Shown here: piece by piece, positions 51,105 through 61,287 of the stretch
How the letters are laid out: every line of letters starts with the position of its first letter
Position numbering within the stretch: position 1 is the first letter of the stretch
Assembly: GCA_963709225.1 (NCBI GenBank)
Contig: CAVPVM010000002.1
Coordinates: 527,168 to 591,167 of the forward strand
DNA from: an uncultured Solirubrobacterales bacterium
Lineage (GTDB): Bacteria > Actinomycetota > Thermoleophilia > Solirubrobacterales > Solirubrobacteraceae
Direction of reading: 5' to 3'
DNA length: 64,000 nt
Program-made: the position numbers and the translations under genes
Notes under the pieces: model-generated
What the model was told of the DNA's origin: nothing
Databases searched by the model: none
What the model saw: the letters and a program-made list of their open reading frames with translations, nothing else

Positions 51105-52349
51105 ATGGCTACGACGGAAGTTCCAACACACACGGACGCCGAGGACACGGACATCCGGCCGTTTGAGATCGGCTTCCCCGACGAGGATCTGGCCGACCTG
51201 CGCCGGCGGGTGAAAGCGACGCGGTGGCCCGAGCGCGAGACGGTCACCGACGACTCACAGGGCGTGCGGCTCGAGCTGATGCAGCAGCTCGCGCGCTACT
51301 GGGCGGAAGGGTACGACTGGCGCAGGTGCGAGGCGCAGTTGAACGCTCTGCCGAACTTCATAACCGAGATTGACGGGCTTGACATCCACTTCCTCCACGT
51401 TCGCTCGCAGCACGAGGACGCGCTACCGCTGATCGTGACGCACGGGTGGCCGGGGTCGATCATCGAGCAGCTGAAGATCATCGAACCGCTGACGAACCCA
51501 ACCGCTCATGGGGCGAGCGCGGCGGACGCATTCCATCTCGTGATTCCATCGCTCCCAGGTCACGGTTTCTCCGCGAAGCCGACCGCCACCGGGTGGGACC
51601 CGGTCCGTGTCGCGCGCGCCTGGCTCGTCCTGATGAAGCGCCTCGGCTACGCCCGATTCGTGGCCCAAGGCGGCGATTGGGGCGCGGCCGTCACACAGAC
51701 GATGGGCGCCCAGGCACCGCCAGAACTGCTCGGCATTCATTCGAACATGCCGGGTACCGCGCCAGCCGACCTTGTCAAGGGATTCGAGCGCAGCGACCCG
51801 CCCCCGGCCGATCTTTCCGGCGATGAGTTGCGCGCGTACCAGCAGCTGAGCAACTTCTACGCCAAGCACGTCGCGTACGCGCAGATCATGACGACCCGCC
51901 CCCAGACGCTGTACGGACTGGCGGACTCGCCGATCGACCTCGCCGCATTCTGCCTCGACCACGGCGACGGCACCGGCCAGCCCGGACTCGTGGAAAAGGT
52001 CCTCCAGGGGACCTACCAGAGCGACCTCACGCGAGACGACCTCCTGGACAACCTCACGCTCTACTGGCTGACCAATACCGGGGTCTCTGCAGCCCGTTTC
52101 TACTGGGAGAACAAGGCCGACTTCTTCGACGCCAAGAAGATCACGATCCCCTTCGCCATCAGCGTGTTCCCGGCCGAGCTCTACCAGGCTCCCCGAAGCT
52201 GGGCGGAACGCGCATACCCCAACAACCTCATCTACTTCAACGAGCTCGACCGAGGCGGCCACTTTGCGGCGTGGGAACAGCCGCAACTCTTCTCGGAAGA
52301 GATGCGTGCAGCGTTCCGTTCGCTGCGTGACAGGGAGGACGCGAAATGA
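51105..52349 (+). CDS. epoxide hydrolase (EHN N-terminal domain + alpha/beta hydrolase)
   Basis: [26 protein letters not shown], oxyanion HGWPGS, nucleophile GGDWGA. Confidence 0.9.
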   Translation: MATTEVPTHTDAEDTDIRPFEIGFPDEDLADLRRRVKATRWPERETVTDDSQGVRLELMQQLARYWAEGYDWRRCEAQLNALPNFITEIDGLDIHFLHVRSQHEDALPLIVTHGWPGSIIEQLKIIEPLTNPTAHGASAADAFHLVIPSLPGHGFSAKPTATGWDPVRVARAWLVLMKRLGYARFVAQGGDWGAAVTQTMGAQAPPELLGIHSNMPGTAPADLVKGFERSDPPPADLSGDELRAYQQLSNFYAKHVAYAQIMTTRPQTLYGLADSPIDLAAFCLDHGDGTGQPGLVEKVLQGTYQSDLTRDDLLDNLTLYWLTNTGVSAARFYWENKADFFDAKKITIPFAISVFPAELYQAPRSWAERAYPNNLIYFNELDRGGHFAAWEQPQLFSEEMRAAFRSLRDREDAK

Positions 52350-53308
52350 CAAGCGCCACAGACACAGCCACGAGCAGTACCGAGACCGGCACGTCGTTTG
52401 GCCCGGTGCAGCAGATCGACGCCGGCCGGCTCAACGTCGGGTACGTAGAGATGGGGCCTGCTGATGGCACCGCTGTCGTGCTTCTGCACGGCTGGCCTTA
52501 CGACATTCACAGCTTCGTCGACGTGGCACCGTTGCTGGCTATGCAGGGCTATCGGGTGATCGTCCCGTACCTATGCGGTCACGGAACGACGCGCTTTCGC
52601 GCCGAAGACGCCGTCCGCAACGGTCAGCAGTCGGTTGTGGCCGTCGACGCCGTGGCGTTGATGGACGCCCTTGACATCGACGCGGCGATCGTCGCCGGGT
52701 TCGACTGGGGAGCACGCAGCGCCGACATCATCGCGGCGCTGTGGCCCGAGCGCTGCAGAGGCCTCGTTTCGGTCAGCGGCTATCTGATCGGCAACCAGGC
52801 GGCCGGCAAGCTGCCGCTGCCGCCAGAGGCCGAGCTGCAGTGGTGGTACCAGTACTACTTCGCGACCGAGCGCGGGCGGGCCGGTTACGACATGTACCGG
52901 CACGACTTCGCGAAACTGATCTGGCGCCTCGCGTCGCCAAAGTGGACCTTCGACGACGCGACCTTCGAGCGCAGCGCAGCGGCCTTCGACAACCCCGACC
53001 ACGTGGATATCGTCATCCACAACTATCGCTGGCGGCTGGGACTGGCCGAAGGCGAGGCGCAATACGCCGAGCTGGAGGACCGCCTCGCCACCGGTCCGGT
53101 CATCACTGCGCCCGCCATCACACTCGAGGGCGACGCGAACGGCGCCCCACATCTGGAGCCGAGCGCCTATGCCGGGAAGTTCGCGGGCAACTACTCACAC
53201 CGCACGATCGAAGGCGGCATCGGTCACAACCTACCCCAGGAAGCTCCACAAGCGTTCGCCCAAGCCGTAGTCGACGTCGACACCAACTCACGAAGGAGCT
53301 CTTCATGA
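52346..53308 (+). CDS. alpha/beta hydrolase (epoxide hydrolase/haloalkane dehalogenase-like)
   Basis: ATGA overlap with the upstream gene. LHGWPYD, GFDWGAR. Confidence 0.85.
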   Translation: MTSATDTATSSTETGTSFGPVQQIDAGRLNVGYVEMGPADGTAVVLLHGWPYDIHSFVDVAPLLAMQGYRVIVPYLCGHGTTRFRAEDAVRNGQQSVVAVDAVALMDALDIDAAIVAGFDWGARSADIIAALWPERCRGLVSVSGYLIGNQAAGKLPLPPEAELQWWYQYYFATERGRAGYDMYRHDFAKLIWRLASPKWTFDDATFERSAAAFDNPDHVDIVIHNYRWRLGLAEGEAQYAELEDRLATGPVITAPAITLEGDANGAPHLEPSAYAGKFAGNYSHRTIEGGIGHNLPQEAPQAFAQAVVDVDTNSRRSSS

Positions 53309-54067
53309 CAACGACCACTTCTGACTCTGCTCCGCTCACCGTGGTGCTCGTACACGGCGCGTTCACGGACGCGTCGAGCTGGAACGGCGTCATCGAACGA
53401 CTGCAGGCCGCCGGACAGAAGGTGACCGCGCCTGCGCACCCGCTGCGCGGCATTTCGGCTGACTCGGCCTACATCGCGTCGTTCATCGAGCAGATCCAGG
53501 GACCGGTCCTCGCCGTCGGCCACTCCTACGCCGGTGCGGTCATCTCGACCGCCGCCACAGCCGCGAGTAATGTCGTCGGCCTCGTCTTCGTCGCTGCCTT
53601 TGCGACCGACGAGGGTGAGCTCGTCGGCGACGTTGCGGCCACTTCCAAAGACGCGATCCTGTCAACGGCTCTGGTTACGCTGCGCTATCCCCTCGGGGCC
53701 AGGTCCGGGACGGCCGGGGAGCTGGTCGTCGATCCGGCGAAGTTTCGAGAGGTTGTCGCCGCCGACCTCCCCGCCGCGCAGACCGCCGTCATGGCCGCGA
53801 CGCAGCGCCCCATCTCGGAGCTGGCATTTTCGGAGCCGTGCGGTCCACCCGCTTGGAGGACTCTGCCCTTCCTGGGCAGTTGTCGCCACCCACGACAAAG
53901 CTGCCGGGACGGACCTGGTCCGCTCCCAGGCGGAACGCGCCGGCGCGACGATCACCGAGGTTGACGGCCCCCATGTCGTCATGATCTCGCAGCCTGACGC
54001 CGTCGCAGACGTGATCCTGACCGCGGCGGCCGCGGTTGGCCGCCAGCTCGCAGGCACGGCAGCCTGA
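53305..54067 (+). pseudogene. alpha/beta hydrolase interrupted by a +1 frameshift
   Basis: The N-terminal part (VLVHGAF, GHSYAG) is in the frame of ORF 52741..53964. The conserved C-terminal part (SWAVVATHDKAAG ... GPHVVMISQPD) is in the frame of ORF 53534..54067. The frames meet at cccttcc (53866-53872), where one T appears to be extra. Confidence 0.7.
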
Positions 54068-54069
54068 CC

Positions 54070-55065
54070 ATGACATCGACCAGGCCCGTGGTCGACCTGC
54101 CAGTAGAAGGTCGCCTGGCCCCGCTCGCGGGCGCCACGGGCTGGTTGAACTCGACGCCGCTCAGCGCGGAGCACCTGCTGGGGAACGTCGTGCTCGTGGA
54201 CTTCTGGACGTACACCTGTATCAACTGGCTGCGTACGCTCGCATACGTTCGCGCCTGGGCTGAGAAGTACGAGGACCGGGGCCTTGTCGTCGTCGGTGTG
54301 CACACGCCGGAGTTCCCGTTCGAGCGCGACCCGAGCAATGTCCGGACAGCTGTGATCGACATGAGGCTCGGGTATCCGATCGCGCTCGACAGTGACTACG
54401 CAGTCTGGCGTGCGTTCAACAACCACTACTGGCCTGCCGTCTACATCGCCGACTCACAGGGACGCATTCGCCATCACCAATTCGGTGAAGGCGGATACGA
54501 GGCGTGCGAACGGGTCATCCAGCTGCTGCTGCGCGAACGTGGCAGTGACGACGTCGACGACAAACTCGTAGCCGTCTCCCCAGACGGCTACGAGGCTCAG
54601 GCCGACTGGAGGAACCTCGAGTCCCCGGAAACCTATCTCGGCTACGACCAAACCCAAAGCTTCGCGTCTCCCGGTGGCGCCCGGCTCGACGAACCGCGCA
54701 CCTATGCCGCACCGGACTCGTTGCTGCTCAACGACTGGAGTCTGTCTGGCGATTGGACCGTCGGGCGGCGCGCAAGCGTTCTGAACGGCACGGACGGGCG
54801 AATCGCGTTCAGGTTCCATGCCCGCGACGTCAACCTCGTCGTGGGCATGGGCGCGCCAGGCGCCACCGCGCCGTTCCGGGTGCTGGTCGACGGCAGACCT
54901 CCCGGCGACTCGCACGGCCTCGATATCGACAGAGACGGCCAAGGCATGGCGATCCAGCCGCGGCTCTATCAACTCGTTCGTACGCGGGGCCCCGTCACCG
55001 AGCGTACGCTCGAGATCACCTTCCTCGCCTCCGGCGTCGAGGCTTATGTGTTCACCTTTGGCTAG
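54070..55065 (+). CDS. thioredoxin-fold/DipZ C-terminal-like redoxin domain protein
   Basis: VLVDFWTYTCINWLRTLAYVRAWAEKY ... VVGVHTPEFPFE ... NHYWPAVYI, plus a C-terminal beta-rich domain. The motif is CxxW rather than CxxC. Confidence 0.75.
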   Translation: MTSTRPVVDLPVEGRLAPLAGATGWLNSTPLSAEHLLGNVVLVDFWTYTCINWLRTLAYVRAWAEKYEDRGLVVVGVHTPEFPFERDPSNVRTAVIDMRLGYPIALDSDYAVWRAFNNHYWPAVYIADSQGRIRHHQFGEGGYEACERVIQLLLRERGSDDVDDKLVAVSPDGYEAQADWRNLESPETYLGYDQTQSFASPGGARLDEPRTYAAPDSLLLNDWSLSGDWTVGRRASVLNGTDGRIAFRFHARDVNLVVGMGAPGATAPFRVLVDGRPPGDSHGLDIDRDGQGMAIQPRLYQLVRTRGPVTERTLEITFLASGVEAYVFTFG

Positions 55066-55504
55066 ACAAGGCGCAGTAGCGCCATGGCGAGCCCGGTGCG
55101 CGCCAAGACCCGTGGCAGGCCAGGGAAGTCCCCGGCGCGACCGCAGGCGGAGTTGCGAGGCTGGCAGAGCGCTACGCCCAGTCGAGCAAGCAGACGAGCG
55201 ATCGAACGTCGCGAGGCTGTTCGACGCGGCTCGAACCTCCTGCATGCGTTCCGCCTCGGCCACCTTACGTTGAGCATTTGCGAGTCCGCTCAACCTTGCC
55301 GGCGGCGGTGTCGATCGTTGTGTAACGGGTCAGAACGGCGAGGCCTCTCGTCCGGTTTGCGGACCGGCAGCGTCGGCCGACCCCTTTCGCCGAACGGCGA
55401 AGCAGCTTTCCGCGGACATTTGCTCGCGTTATCAGACCCCTGCCACTGACCTTTGCGCCCGCCGCCCTGTCACCGGCGTTCCTGAAGAGAGCCGGAGACC
55501 AACC

Positions 55505-55729
55505 GTGACATTGACACTTCTCATAGTCGTGAACTTGGCGCTTGCTGCCGCGATCGTCGTGGTGCTTGCCTTCGTGATGACCTCGCTGGCGCGCTTGACA
55601 CGCGATCAGCCCGCAGCACCGCGATTTGGAGCGGTGCCGGCCGGCCTGCCCCGGGAGCCGGGTTTGGCACACGTCTCGCGTGCCCCACACTTGGTGCGTG
55701 CTCCGGCGCAAGCGGGTGTGCGCACGTGA
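55505..55729 (+). CDS. small putative membrane protein (74 aa)
   Basis: GTG start and one TM (LLIVVNLALAAAIVVVLAFVM). Its stop overlaps the start of the next gene. Confidence 0.35.
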   Translation: MTLTLLIVVNLALAAAIVVVLAFVMTSLARLTRDQPAAPRFGAVPAGLPREPGLAHVSRAPHLVRAPAQAGVRT

Positions 55730-56661
55730 CGGTGCTCGTCACAGGAGCATCCGGCTACATCGGCGGCCGACTGGTTTGCGAACTCCTCAAGCTCGGCGAA
55801 CCTGTCGGCGCCGTTGTCCGCGACACGGGCCGCGTCACCTTTGATCCGGGGGTGACGGTGTACCGAGCCGACATGCTCGACGGGGATTCGTTGCGTGCGA
55901 TCGATGGCGACTTTTCGACGGCTTACTACCTCGTACATTCAATGGGTCGCGGCAGCGATTCGGACTACGAGCAGCGCGATGTGACCGCCGCGTCGAATTT
56001 CGCGCGGTTCGCGACCGCTGCCGGCATCGACCGAGTCATCTACCTCGGCGGACTCGGCGATCGTCCCGGATCCAAACACTTGCGCTCGCGGCAGCGCGTC
56101 GGCGAGGTGTTGCGCGCGGAAGGACCGCCACTGACATGGTTTCGCGCGGGGATGGTGGTTGGCGCCGGCTCGGAGAGCTACCGAACGCTGCGTTCGCTTG
56201 TGGAGCGCTTGCCGGTCATGCTCGCACCGGCGTGGCTTTCCACCCCCACACAGGCGATCGGCATCGACGACGTGTTGCGCTATCTGATCGAGGCTCCGAG
56301 AATCCCCGAGACGCGTTCGCGCGAGATTCAGATCGGATCGGCCGAAATCCTCACATACGGCCAGATGCTCGACGGCATGTCCGACGCGCTCGGACTCCAC
56401 CGCCGCCCGCGCATCCCGGTACCGCTACTCACGCCGTGGCTTTCGTCCCACTGGATCGGCCTCGTTACACCGGTCGACACGGGCGTTGCGAGGCCCCTGA
56501 TCGAGGGGCTATCGACCGAGACGACCGTCACCGATCCGTCGGGAATGGCGCTCTTTGACTTCGCCCCACGATGCTTCGAGCAGGTGCTGCGCGCGGCAAT
56601 CCTCGAAGCCGGCGAGTCCCCGGCGGCCCGGACGACTCCAACAAACCGCGAACCGGGATGA
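55726..56661 (+). CDS. NmrA-like/atypical SDR NAD(P)H-binding protein
   Basis: VLVTGASGYIGGRL Rossmann motif; about 310 aa. Confidence 0.8.
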   Translation: MTVLVTGASGYIGGRLVCELLKLGEPVGAVVRDTGRVTFDPGVTVYRADMLDGDSLRAIDGDFSTAYYLVHSMGRGSDSDYEQRDVTAASNFARFATAAGIDRVIYLGGLGDRPGSKHLRSRQRVGEVLRAEGPPLTWFRAGMVVGAGSESYRTLRSLVERLPVMLAPAWLSTPTQAIGIDDVLRYLIEAPRIPETRSREIQIGSAEILTYGQMLDGMSDALGLHRRPRIPVPLLTPWLSSHWIGLVTPVDTGVARPLIEGLSTETTVTDPSGMALFDFAPRCFEQVLRAAILEAGESPAARTTPTNREPG

Positions 56662-56731
56662 TCCGAGACCTTTTTGGGACGTTGCGGCGTTTTGCGCAAA
56701 GAAAAGGCCCTGATTTACAGAGCCTTTCCAA

Positions 56732-56773
<42 letters not shown>

Positions 56774-58087
56774 ATGCCGATTCGGGAGTGCTGCCAGGTC
56801 CATTTGCAGGGATCTTCGTGCGCTGAGGTTCGCTCAGATACGTTCAGATTCGCGCAGTTCGCGACCTTTTTCGGGACCTAATGGCGCGAGCGCGGCGCCG
56901 CTCGATGAACAGGACGGTCCGCGATGCCGGCGCTCCGATTTGAGACGGGCGAGAGGCGGGCGCCGGCACTCGATCTGTCTACGTCCGGTCTCGCAGTGAC
57001 GCGTGACCACGACACCCAAACAGGGAACGTGTCGGCACTGCCGGATCGAGACGCGGGTGAGAGCGCCGATCTCCCCGCTGGGCTCGACGATGTGCTGGAT
57101 CGAGCGGGTCGTCTGCGCGGCGAGGCATCTGGGACGCAGCGAAGCCAGAAGCACCAGGTCGTGCCAACGTCGGAAGCGGTGACTGCCGGATCACGCGCCC
57201 CGCGCTCGACTGCGCGACGCCACCCCGACGCAACCGTCAATCACTCGGTGCTTGCGACCAGGCCGCGCAGCCATTCCTCGCCCGTGCCGAGACCGATCAG
57301 GTTAGCGGCACTGGCAATGGAACGGTGCTCGAATGGGATAGTGAAGTCGCGGGCTCTCGGCTCCGAGCTTCTGTACCGCGTTGAAGATCGCGACATGTTC
57401 GCTAGGCGGTCACGATCCATCTCGTTCTGCTTCGGCGCCGAGATGCCAACGCACCTTCGCGTCGTCGACTAGTTGTCGCTTAAGTCGTCGTGGGCGTCGT
57501 CGCTTGGTCCTCGTCGGCTCTCCATCGTCGCGGTCTGCGTACGGGGCCTTACGACTAGCAAAGAACCCGTCCGGGGACTGTGCAGCTGGACCGATCCGTC
57601 ATGGGCGGTTTGACATCGAGCGTGGCGGTCGGCAATGTCGGACTGGTCACTCCGGTCCAGGGGGCTGCGATGTCGAGGGCTCAGACGATGTCGGTTGGCT
57701 CAGGCGCCACGGCGCTTCTGCGCACCGGCCTCGGCACGGGCGCGCGGAGAATCGTGAGGGCGTCGCGCTGCATATCTCGATTCGCGTTAGCCGCGACTTA
57801 TCCCGATGTCGGGAGGTCCGGACGGGCGGTTTCAGCCACTGGCACCGATGCGTGTCGAAGGGTAGGCGCCCCCGCTCTATCACCGTCGCGGCTCTGCCAG
57901 GTACGCGTCACGGGTTCATGCGATGCGCCGACACGGACGGCGCCGCAATCTTTCCGAGGGTGCCGATCGGGGGGCGCCTCTGACTCGATGCGCTCGCGTC
58001 ACGGGTCCTGGCATCTAGACAACCATCCCGGCGCCGGGAGACGGCAGTCCTCAAACCTGCAGCGTCGAACGCTACTGATGTAGCAGC

Positions 58088-58720
58088 ATGACCGACGCGT
58101 ACAACAAGCGGACAATGACCGGCGGACGCGATCTTGAAGCGTTGCCACCACCGGCAGCCGATCGAGCCTCAGTTGCGACGTCTGCCGTTTCGTGGGCGCC
58201 GATTTGTGAACTGACGCCCCACCTGTGGATGGAATACGGACAGCGCTTGCGACGCCTGGGCCCTGGCGCGAACTGGTGGGTCGGCGATTGGATTCGCTAT
58301 GGCAACGCGCGGTACGGCGAACGCTACAAACTTGCTACCGAACTCACGGGCTACGACACCCAGACGCTCAGGAATTTTGCGTACGTTGCGTCTCGGTTCG
58401 ACACCGCGCGGCGCCGCACGGAGGTGTCCTGGAGCCACCACGCGGAAATCGCCGCGCTCGGGGCCGACGCCCAACGGCGCTGGCTGGACCGCGTGGTTGC
58501 AGAGCGACTATCGCTGAGGAATCTACGGCGTGAACTGCAGGCGGAACGCAACACTGCGCTGGGGGATTCGACCGCGCGGTGCGCTCCCGGACCACAGCGC
58601 GAGCCGGAATCGGCGACGACGTGCCCCACCTGCGGGCAGTCGATGCCCGGATTTCAGCGGGATAAAGGACGCCAGCGGAGCACGGATCAAACTAGATCCG
58701 AGGACGAGCCTCTTCGATGA
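58088..58720 (+). CDS. LmbU-family-like regulatory protein
   Basis: NWWVGDWIRYGNARYGERYKLATELTGYDTQTLRNFAYVASRFDTARRRTEVSWSHHAEIAAL matches the pattern I recall for LmbU-type regulators (WW.GDW..YG..Y, L.N...V...F...RR..L...HH.E.A.L). Confidence 0.6.
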   Translation: MTDAYNKRTMTGGRDLEALPPPAADRASVATSAVSWAPICELTPHLWMEYGQRLRRLGPGANWWVGDWIRYGNARYGERYKLATELTGYDTQTLRNFAYVASRFDTARRRTEVSWSHHAEIAALGADAQRRWLDRVVAERLSLRNLRRELQAERNTALGDSTARCAPGPQREPESATTCPTCGQSMPGFQRDKGRQRSTDQTRSEDEPLR

Positions 58721-58917
58721 GACGTTCGACTCAAGATGGCTGACACCTTGAAAGAACTTGCGCCCCCAAGACCCGCGACGACCACGGAAAACATGTTGCG
58801 GTTTGGGCTTCGTTCGGCGGGGCTCGCGCGTCGGCGACGATCAGCTCACGCGTCACAGATCTGGGCGTTGTGCCCCTATGTGTGTAGGGCCCCGCTGTCA
58901 GCTGGAACGAGGCCGAG

Positions 58918-59463
58918 TTGGCGTTGAGCAATGACGATGTGGAGCGCCTGTACCGCGCGCATGCGCGATCGCTGTTGGCGTTCCTTGCGCGTCGCGTGCT
59001 GGTAGCGGAGGTGGCTGTGGACTTGATGGCTGAGACGTTTGCGCAGGCGTATCGGGATCGCCGTCGTTGCCGCGCCAGCGACGACCAGGAGGCGTTGGCG
59101 TGGATCTTTGGTATCGCTCGCCATTGCCTGTCGGGGTACCTCCGTCAGGGTGCGGCCGAGCGGCGTGCGCTGCGCCGCCTCGGCGTCGAGCCTCGCGCGT
59201 TGCACGATTTCGAATACGACCGCATCGACGAACTCGCCGGCTTGCACGACATCGTCAGCGAGCTTCGTGACGCGTTCGACCAGTTGGACGACGAGCAGCG
59301 CGACGCGATCCGCCTGCGGGTGATCGAGGAGCGGCCCTACGCGGAGGTTGCGCGCGAGCTCGGGCTGAGCGAGCAGACCGCCCGCGCGCGGGTCAGCCGG
59401 GCCCTGCGTGTCCTGCGCGAGTCGCAGCCGATAGCTGAAAGGAGCGAGATGGATCATGTCTGA
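58918..59463 (+). CDS. ECF-type RNA polymerase sigma factor
   Basis: TTG start. Region 2 is LLAFLARRV ... DLMAETFAQAY. Region 4 is EQRDAIRLRVIEERPYAEVARELGLSEQTARARVSRALRVLRE. Confidence 0.85.
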   Translation: MALSNDDVERLYRAHARSLLAFLARRVLVAEVAVDLMAETFAQAYRDRRRCRASDDQEALAWIFGIARHCLSGYLRQGAAERRALRRLGVEPRALHDFEYDRIDELAGLHDIVSELRDAFDQLDDEQRDAIRLRVIEERPYAEVARELGLSEQTARARVSRALRVLRESQPIAERSEMDHV

Positions 59464-60355
59464 CGCAGCGTTTGGGGCGGAGCTGCCGATCGTCGATGAA
59501 GTCGGCGCCGCGCTGCATGCCGCGGCGGTCAAAGCAGACCAGGCCAGCCCCGCTCGTCGATCGCTTCGCGCGCTCGGGCGCTGGCGTCACGGTCCACTTG
59601 TCGTCGCGTTTCTTGTGACGGCGGCCTCAGGCACCATGGGCGGCCTCGCTCTGGCCGGCACGTTCAGTGGGACGACGATCAATCCCCAGGCCTGGGTCAA
59701 CGGGCAGCGCGTGACGCCCGAGCCGGCAGCCACGCCTGATCAGGCGGCCGCCCTGGCGATCCTCGAGCGCCCCCGTGTCGCCGCCGACGCGCTACCGCCC
59801 TATTACAGCATGGTCCTGCCGAACAGTCCGACCGGCGGCGGTGACGGCGTCAACATCGCACTCTCCCGCCGTGCATACGGGTTCAGTAATGGCGCCGCAG
59901 CCTGGGTGATACCCGGCAACGACGACACGGTCTGCCTGGTCGCAGCCAACGCCCAAGCAGTCGAGCAGGCAGACGAAACCGGACCGCTCACGCACATTTC
60001 CGGAGCAGCGGATTCGGTCAACTGCGAGCCGCTCGCGATCGTCGACAGCGGCTGGCCGCTGAGCTACAGCGTCGGCCCCGGCGACACCCCGGGCTTGTTC
60101 TTCACCGCAGGCATCGTCCCCAACGGCGTCCAGCACGTCACCGTCGGGACCTCATCGGGTCAGTCCGTCTCGCTTCCGGTTCACGACAACGTCTGGCTCG
60201 GAAACGTCGCGGGCGTGCCCGACACCGAGACGTTCAACGGACCTGATGGACCGGTAACCAGCGGAGACGTAACCAGCGCCGCACCCCGACAGAAGTCCCA
60301 GCGGCAGGGACCCGCCTCGAGGGCGAACGCTGCCGCGGCGTCTGCTACCCCCTGA
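59456..60355 (+). CDS. membrane-anchored protein, family A copy 1 (anti-sigma-like position)
   Basis: Overlaps the sigma gene by 8 nt. About 55 cytoplasmic aa and one TM (LVVAFLVTAASGTMGGLALAG). The external domain shares LAILERP, WVIPG..TVCLVA, NC and GIVPNGVQHVTV...LPVHDNVWLG with copies 2 and 3. Confidence 0.7.
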   Translation: MSDAAFGAELPIVDEVGAALHAAAVKADQASPARRSLRALGRWRHGPLVVAFLVTAASGTMGGLALAGTFSGTTINPQAWVNGQRVTPEPAATPDQAAALAILERPRVAADALPPYYSMVLPNSPTGGGDGVNIALSRRAYGFSNGAAAWVIPGNDDTVCLVAANAQAVEQADETGPLTHISGAADSVNCEPLAIVDSGWPLSYSVGPGDTPGLFFTAGIVPNGVQHVTVGTSSGQSVSLPVHDNVWLGNVAGVPDTETFNGPDGPVTSGDVTSAAPRQKSQRQGPASRANAAAASATP

Positions 60356-60754
60356 GGACGTGTCGCGACGCTCGACGGCCTCGCCGCGAAGACCTAGCAC
60401 AACAGCGCCACCGCGTGCCCAAGTGCCGCAGCAGCGCGCGATCAGACGACAACTGGCGTCGCGTCTGCGCTCACCGCGCAAAACATTCGCCCCGTGCGTC
60501 CGGTCGGCGCCTACCAAAACACGTCGCCGTTAGTGCTCCGTCGGCACAGCCGCCGCGTCGCGCTCGCTTGACTCCACTTTGCGCCTTTCCGGCACGCGTC
60601 GTAATGCCCGCAACTGGCCGGCGATGTGAGGTAACGTCCCGATGCCGGAAGCAGTGTGAACACCATGTTGCTCGGTTTGACGTGCGACGTCCGCTCCTCT
60701 TACATATAACCACTCATAGACGTAGAACGCGTATATCCTTAGCGAGGTGACTAG

Positions 60755-61213
60755 ATGCATGCAAATCACAAGCCGCCGCAACGAACCTTTCGCAGACTAA
60801 CTGCGCTCCTGAGCGCAGCAGCCGCGCTAGCAGGCGGCGTCTTGTTTCTTACGCTCGCGCCCGCAGCTGAAGCTAACAGTGGCTGGGATTTTTGCCTCGC
60901 ATACCCATTGTCCCCGGGGACGACCTGCTGGAGCAGCGTATTCGGAACCGAGTACACAGTGTACGAGACGGAAGGATGGGACGCCAACGGGTCCGGGGCC
61001 GGAAACTGTAACGGCATCGGCCTGGCCGGCTACGGCAATGGAACAAGCAGCTGGGCGACATATGCGTGCATTGGTGACGGCACCGGCTACGACGCGGTGT
61101 ACGACACGGGTCTAGCTTGGCAAGGTGGCGGCTACTTCTTTGTGCACGACCACAGCGGTACGAAATCAAGCGATTTCACCGGCTGGATGTACTGGAGTGG
61201 ACCGCAACCGTGA
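60755..61213 (+). CDS. small secreted Trp/Gly/Tyr-rich four-Cys protein, family B copy 1
   Basis: GAGGTG RBS. Signal peptide with an RR (TFRRLTALLSAAAALAGGVLFLTLAPAAEA). The mature protein of about 112 aa has 4 Cys and 7 Trp and ends in GWMYWSGPQP. Confidence 0.7.
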   Translation: MHANHKPPQRTFRRLTALLSAAAALAGGVLFLTLAPAAEANSGWDFCLAYPLSPGTTCWSSVFGTEYTVYETEGWDANGSGAGNCNGIGLAGYGNGTSSWATYACIGDGTGYDAVYDTGLAWQGGGYFFVHDHSGTKSSDFTGWMYWSGPQP

Positions 61214-61287
61214 TGCGCGCACTAGCTTTCCGAGGTCCTACGCAGCACCGCAACGTGTCTACGCAAGAAGGGTGTGGGTGTTAGCCA

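Noticed and set aside
54190-54215. CxxW instead of CxxC in the DipZ-like redoxin as a novelty
   Set aside because: From memory, the CINW variant is a conserved feature of this subfamily in many actinobacteria. It is therefore a family trait rather than a local anomaly.
55084-55449. 121-aa ORF in the gap between the redoxin gene and the NmrA-like gene
   Set aside because: It is Arg-rich with low complexity and no RBS or family signature. The region is left as intergenic.
56834-58083. ORFs 56834..57154(-), 56878..57240(-), 56924..57472(+), 57381..57983(+) and 57580..58083(+)
   Set aside because: They overlap one another, have biased Arg/Ser/Pro composition, and have no recognisable motifs or RBS.
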